Part shown: positions 48,777 through 55,226 of the stretch, one piece after another
Layout: every line of letters starts with the position of its first letter
Numbering within the stretch: position 1 is the first letter of the stretch
Source: Octopus bimaculoides
Taxonomy: Eukaryota
DNA: 55,226 nucleotides
Reading direction: 5' to 3'
Assembly (NCBI RefSeq): GCF_001194135.2
Contig: NC_068984.1
Location: 9,610,234 to 9,665,459 of the forward strand
Program-made: the position numbers and the translations under genes
The notes under the pieces: model-generated
Database searches by the model: none
Told to the model about the DNA's origin: nothing
Seen by the model: only the letters and a program-made list of their open reading frames with translations

Positions 48777-50379
48777 ATGCATGTNNNNNNNNNNNNNNNN
48801 NNNNNNNNNNNNNNNNNNNNNNNNNNNNNNNNNNNNNNNNNNNNNNNNNNNNNNNNNNNNNNNNNNNNNNNNNNNNNNNNNNNNNNNNNNNNNNNNNNNN
48901 NNNNNNNNNNNNNNNNNNNNNNNNNNNNNNNNNNNNNNNNNNNNNNNNNNNNNNNNNNNNNNNNNNNNNNNNNNNNNNNNNNNNNNNNNNNNNNNNNNNN
49001 NNNNNNNNNNNNNNNNNNNACATTAGATCATGAGTTCCCAACCAGTGGTTCTTGGCCCCCTGGAGAGTCATGAAGCTTTGGCGGGAGTGGGGGAGGTCAA
49101 GTATCCTTGCTAGAAGTAGCTTGGGATAATATTAATCAAAATGTAAATCAAGCTGCTGTTAGTAGGGGGGGTCACGTGGGTTTCAAGCTTTTGGGCAAGG
49201 GGTTGCGAGTGCAAGAACGATGGGAAGCGCTGCATTAGATAATAGACTCCTAGATACCCACTTCCATAGGGTGGGCATTGGTGGAATGCCCTTAATTATG
49301 ATCTGGGGCATTTTTTTCTATTTCTGATCACTACCCCCCCCCCCCCAAAAAAAAAAGCAGAGGTCAAGAAACAAGATGAATATGGAAAATCAAATAGGAA
49401 AGAAAAGTAAAAATAATAATTCTTTCTAAGCTTGGCACAAGACTAGCAATTTTGAGTTGAGTGGAGCAAACCAATTACAGCGACCCACCCCCCAGTACTC
49501 TAACTGGTACATATTATATCACCTCTGAAAGGCTTAAAGGCAAAGTTGACTTTGGTGAGATTTGAACCTAGAACATAATGAGCTGGAAGGAATGCTGCTA
49601 AAGTGTTTTGCTTCAAAATCTAGCAACTCTGCCAGCTTGCTGCCTTGCTATTGATGATGATGATGATGATGCTGATGTAGATGATGATAATGATGCGGTT
49701 GATGCTGATAGCATTAATGTAAAATAGCAGTCCAATTATTACTATTCCAAAATATATAACATGTGAAAAGCAAAGCTGAATGCAAAAATAATCCTTATTT
49801 AAAATCTAATTTCACATTACATTAAGTTTGAAAAACACTGCGTTATCATATTACAGTCGGTTAGACATGAAACGGAATAGAAAAGATAACAATGATAGAT
49901 TGAAAACAGCTCTGCAACATGAATACACGTATGACCAAATATGATGAAATATATGCAGCTCTGAACAACAGATGGCAGCTTCTTTGTTTGGTTTGTCTCT
50001 TTGAAATCTTTTCTTATTTCTCTGCAGGGTCATATCAAATCTCTGACTCATGCAAATATGTCTCTAAGCTTTTACTTGTTTCAGTCATTGGACTGCAGCC
50101 AAGCTGGGCACCAGGGGCTTTAGTTCATCTAATCGACTACAAGTACATTTTCTTTTCATTTAAGTCTGGTTTTTATTCTGTTGATCTCTTTTGCTGAACT
50201 GCTAATCACTTTTAAACAGGAAGTTTGTCTCATAAAACCAAGGGTAACCTCAGGTGGGTTGGCATCATTGATGTCATAAGGAATGTGCCTACCTGATGAA
50301 GGGCAATTACATGAAACACTATGTCATTTCTGCTCACAACACAATTGTTGATTAACATTTTTCTGGTTGTCAGTTTGGT

Positions 50380-50427
<48 letters not shown>

Positions 50428-51603
50428 GGACTTCCACAGTGTCCATCTCAAAATTCACTCACAAGACACTGGTTGGTCTGAGATCCAAGGCGCCATGCTG
50501 TGGGACTGAACCCAAAACCACATGGTTGCAAAACGAGCTTCTTAACCATATAACCATGCCTGTCCCTAAATATTTGGACATCTGTTGCCTCATTAACTAA
50601 ACAATAGAATTGTAAGAGAATTTTACTGTTTATCTACACCAGGAGTTCTCAGTCATTTTCTTCTATATCTATGGGCCTCTTTTGGTTATCATTTTATTCT
50701 GGTGGACTCCCTGCCGCTTTCCATTCAATGTTTAAAAAATTAGTTTTACAGATACTTCTTGCATTTGTTTTATCACTCATTTACTTATGTAGGTTTGCAA
50801 CGGAATGCAACAAGATGAAGACACCTATCCGTCCATTGTAAATAATGTACAGAATTCCTCATCCCAAAATTATAGAATGGTACTAGTTGTTTCTTGCAAT
50901 AAATACCTCTAAAGCATGGTCCATATAAGAGTTTTGGTGGTCCACACAACAGATCTACAATATCTTAAGGATCCCTGAAAAAAATTTTGCTTCAGATGTA
51001 TGTCATCATCATCGTTTAACGTCCGCTTTCCATGCTAGCATGGGTTGGACGATTTGACTGAGGACTGGTGAAACCAGATGGCTACACCAGGCTCCAATCT
51101 GATTTAGCAGAGTTTCTACAGTTGGATGCCCTTCCTAACGCTAACCACTCTGTAGGAATTTTGAAAGAAGTTTCTATAAAACTAGTTTTTAAACATTGAA
51201 TGGCTATGGGGGTCCACCAGAATAAAATATGGATCAAAGGGGTCCATAGATAAAAAATGGTTTTGAGAAACCCTGTTCTAAGGCAAAATTTTTTCAGGGG
51301 CCCTTGATATATTCCTGTGGATCTCCAAATTACTATTTTATTTCCTTGTACCCCTAAAAATCTTATATGAATTCCCAGGGGTCATAAGTGTAGAACTACC
51401 AATCTACACTTTGGTGTAGAAACAAGGGCTGCACAAAAAAGATGGAAACATTGATAATGGAAATATATTTGGTTTCCCTATAAAAGGTTTTTACAAAAGG
51501 AGATTTAATTACTGAAATAAACATTGATAAAAGTTAGCTTCCCAACCACATCACTTTGGGTTCAGCCCCACTACATGACATCTTAGGCAAGCACCTTACA
51601 CTA

Positions 51604-51985
51604 TAGGCACAGGAGTGGCTGTGTGGTAAGTAGCTTGCTCATCAACCACATGGTTTAGAGTTCAGTCCCACTGCGTGGAACCTTGGGCAAGTGTCTTCTA
51701 CTATAGCCTCAGGCCGACCAAAGCCTTGTGAGTGGATTTGGTAGACGGAAACTGAAAGAAGCCTGTCGTACATGCGTGTGTGTCTGTGTTTGTCCTCCCA
51801 ACATCGATTGACAACCGATGCTAGGGTGTTCACATCCGCGTAACTTAGTGGTTCAACAAAAGAGACCAATAGAATAAGTACTGGGCTTACAAAGAATAAG
51901 TCCTGGGGTCAATTTGCTCGACTGAAGGTGGTGCTCCAGCATGGCCACAGTCAAATGACTGAAACAAATGAAAGAATAAAAGAAT
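51604..51985 (+). mobile_element. Full composite SINE A (ungapped reference copy)
   Basis: Head 51604-51770, short GT-rich linker, tail ending GACTGAAACAAATGAAAGAATAAAAG. Confidence 0.88.
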
Positions 51986-53217
51986 GTAGCTCCAGGCCAA
52001 CCAAAGCCTTATGAGCGGATTTGGTAGACAGAAACTGAAAGAAGCCCACCATACATATATGTATGTGTACATGTGTGTGTGTGTGTGTGTATATATGCAT
52101 GCTTGTGCATGACTTCGTGTTTCTTTGCTTTGTCATCATGGGATAGTCGTAAACAAGTGTCACTGTTAAACAAGTGGTGTCCTCCTTTTCCAATTTTCAG
52201 TGGAAACTAGTCTGGGTATAGGAAAATATTACTTTAACTGGAAATAGGCAAGGGCTGATGACAGGAAGAGCATCCCAGCATAGAACAATCACCTCAACAA
52301 ATCCTGTTCGACACATGCGAGCATGGAAAAATGAACATTCAAATAACGATGATGATGATATTAATCTTGGTGATTCAAGGCACCGAAATCGTGAAGTCTT
52401 TTACAAACAAATCAATCATATTTATGTTCTTGAGATTTCATAAACTTCTGCATAGAACCAGTTTTTACACCACAGTGTATAAAAACGGTAAATTTTTCTG
52501 CAAAGTCTCTGCTGTTTGGCTGATGAAACACCACATGTCCATATATTTCGGTGGATACCTGTCTACTAGAAACAAGACCATGTCAGATAAGATATTTAAT
52601 ATACATTATATGTTCATTACAGTAATGTAACTTGAATTTATTCTCAAGTATCTCATTGTACATATAGCTATCATTAAATTATTGTTCTTAACCTAATTTA
52701 CCTCCAACACACACAGACANNNNNNNNNNNNNNNNNNNNNNNNNNNNNNNNNNNNNNNNNNNNNNNNNNTACAGTAATGTAACTTGAATTTATTCTCAAG
52801 TATCTCATTGTACATATAGCTATCATTAAATTATTGTTCTTAACCTAATTTACCTCCAACACACACAGACACACTTTCCATGAACTCTCCATCAATTGCT
52901 TTGTACGAAAGAAATATCTGCATGATAATCACCATCATCATCATTTTAATGACCATTTTTCTCTGTTTGCACATGGGACAGAAAGTATTTGTTGAGATGG
53001 ATTTCCTACAGCTGGATGCCCTTCCTGTCACCAACACTCACCTGCTTCCAGCTAAGATGATCTTTCCCCATGACCAGACAGGTTTTCATGGAAGATTGGG
53101 AATGAAGGGCACTGTTTTCATGACAGTGACACTTGCTTCCAACAATCACATGAGGCCCAGGTAAGAAGACAGTAACACACACATACACATGGATATAAAA
53201 TAGGCTTCTTTCAGTTT

Positions 53218-53452
53218 CCTTATTTCTTTATTGCTCACAAGAGGCTAAACATAGAGGGGACAAACAGAGACAGACAAAGGGATTAAGTCAATTACATTGA
53301 CCCCAGTGTATAACTGGTACTTAATTTATCGACCCCGAAAGGATGAAAGGCAAAGTTGACCTCGGCGGAATTTGAACTCAGAAGATAACGGCAGAGGAAA
53401 TACCGCTAAGCATTTCGCCTGGTGTGCTAACAATTCTGCCAGCTCACCGCCT
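53218..53452 (-). mobile_element. SINE B
   Basis: Reverse complement of a near-consensus SINE B unit. Confidence 0.8.
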
Positions 53453-54514
53453 TTATACACACATGCATATACAATAGGCTTCTTTCAATTTCTGTCTACC
53501 AAATTCACTCACAAGTCTTTGGCCAGCCTGGGAATATATAAGAAGACACATGCCCAAAGTGCCACATGATGGAACTGGACCAGAGACTGTATGATTGGGA
53601 AGCAAGGTTCGGGTGTATCTGTGTCTGTGTGCTGGGTAGTTGGTGTCAGGAAGGGCATCCAGCTGTAAAAATCATGCCAAAACAGACACAGTAGTCTGGG
53701 GCAGGTTCTTGCCTGGTCAGCTCCTGTCAAACCGTCCAACCCATGCCAGCATCGTAGGCAGACATTAAATGATATATAAACCATAAAAAGTCAGGAGCTA
53801 TGAGAAATTAATATATTTATTTAACCACATGACATCCTTAGGGTTACAGTCGTTTCATAGCCTTCATGTAATAATAACTTCAGTGTGGAATAAAATTATG
53901 TTTACATGTTAGCATTGATAGGCAGGCTACTGGATTACTATGTGGTTCAGTTTCCATTTACCATATCCACTCACAAGGCTTTGGTCAGCCCGGGACTATA
54001 GTACAAGATACTGGCTCAAGGTGCCACACAGTGGGACTGAACCCGGAACCATGTAGTTCTTTCCGCACAGCCACACCTGTGCCTATATAAACAATACATA
54101 AACCATATATATANNNNNNNNNNNNNNNNNNNNNNNNNNNNNNNNNNNNNNNNNNNNNNNNNNNNNNNNNNNNNNNNNNNNNNNNNNNNNNNNNNNNNNN
54201 NNNNNNNNNNNNNGGGGAAAAAAATGGGGAGGGAGAAAAATGGAAAAACAATTATGGTTTGAGATTACAGATTTCTGGAAATATACACCGATTCCAAGTA
54301 CTGTCATATCATCACTGTTGTTGTTTAATAGAATCGGTAGAGCAACGAATGCTACTGTTTTTTGTTTTTATGGTGTTCAGTTACAGAAAGAGATGATCTG
54401 AGATTATATTGTAATATAAAAATGGCAGTTCAGATCTAAAGAGGGATTAAATTTGATAAAACAGTGACTCGATGAAATAACAGACAGATAATGGCAGACT
54501 GGGTATCAATCATC

Positions 54515-54680
54515 ATCGTCGTCATCATCATCACCTTTTAACATCCACTTTCCATGCTAGTATGGGTTGGACAGTTTGACTGAGGACTGGGAAGCCGGGA
54601 AGCTGCACCAGGCTCCAATCTGATCTGGCAAGGGTTCTACAGCTGGATGCCCTTCCTGACACCAACCACTCAGAGTGTGG
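54515..54680 (-). mobile_element. RTE LINE 3' end (family D)
   Basis: CATCATCA..TTTAACATCCACTTTCCATGCTAG...GGATGCCCTTCC. Confidence 0.75.
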
Positions 54681-54965
54681 TGGAAGCTGGTATGAATACA
54701 CCAGTATTGGTGTATTCATACCACCACCCCTAACTTAGAAGTTCAGCAGAAAAGAACAACAGAATAAGTACCAGGCTTTCAAAAAAGGTAGTGGGGTCGA
54801 TTCATTCAACTAAAAATCTTTCGAGGTGGTGCTCCAGCATGGCCACAGTCTAATTGACTGAAACAAGTAAAAGATAAAACACATGCTAGGAATGAGAGAG
54901 AGCAGTCCAATTTTGTTAACTGAGAACAAAGTATGAACTTTGCTGATTAAATTTTTCTCCAAAAT

Positions 54966-55165
54966 AAGCGCAGGAGTGGCTGTGTGGTAAGTAGCTTGCT
55001 TACCAACCACATAGTTCTGGGTTCAGTCCCATGGTGTGGCATCTTGGGCAAGTGTTTTCTACTATAGCCTCGGGCGGACCAATGCCTTGCGAGTGGATTT
55101 TGTAGACGGAAACTGAAAGAAGCCCGTCGTATATATATATATATATATATATGTGTGTATGTGTG

Positions 55166-55226
<61 letters not shown>
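54966..55226 (+). mobile_element. SINE A head running into (TA)n(TG)n at the window end
   Basis: GCGCAGGAGTGGCTGTGTGGTAAGTAGCTTGC...GAAAGAAGCCCGTCGTATATAT. Confidence 0.85.

Noticed and set aside
52620-52869. Identical direct repeat of about 100 bp on both sides of an N gap
   Set aside because: This is the typical signature of an unmerged contig overlap, an assembly artefact rather than a biological duplication.

Overview
Eukaryotic, AT-rich, gapped scaffold made mostly of introns and intergenic DNA. The SINE/LINE families and microsatellite load resemble coleoid cephalopod (Octopus-like) DNA; that attribution is pattern recognition, not a database result. Two long minus-strand coding exons are supported, each with a good splice acceptor and an open frame to a stop: 42280-43160 (Pro/Ser-rich tail with three PPxY motifs) and 6420-7303 (Ser/Arg/Pro-rich, unrecognised). 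Most other listed ORFs are artefacts of N-gaps, microsatellites or repeats. Mobile DNA dominates: a decayed DD36E Tc1-like transposon, two RLE-type (R4/Dong-like) retroelement 3' fragments, many 5'-truncated RTE LINE ends, at least four tRNA-derived SINE families, piggyBac-type MITEs, two LTR-like segments and several fold-back elements. The most notable signal is a tRNA-headed SINE whose tail folds into a minimal, Penelope-type type I hammerhead ribozyme (3 copies, intact in consensus). A second, independent hammerhead-bearing repeat family and a long hairpin in a predicted 3' UTR are also present.
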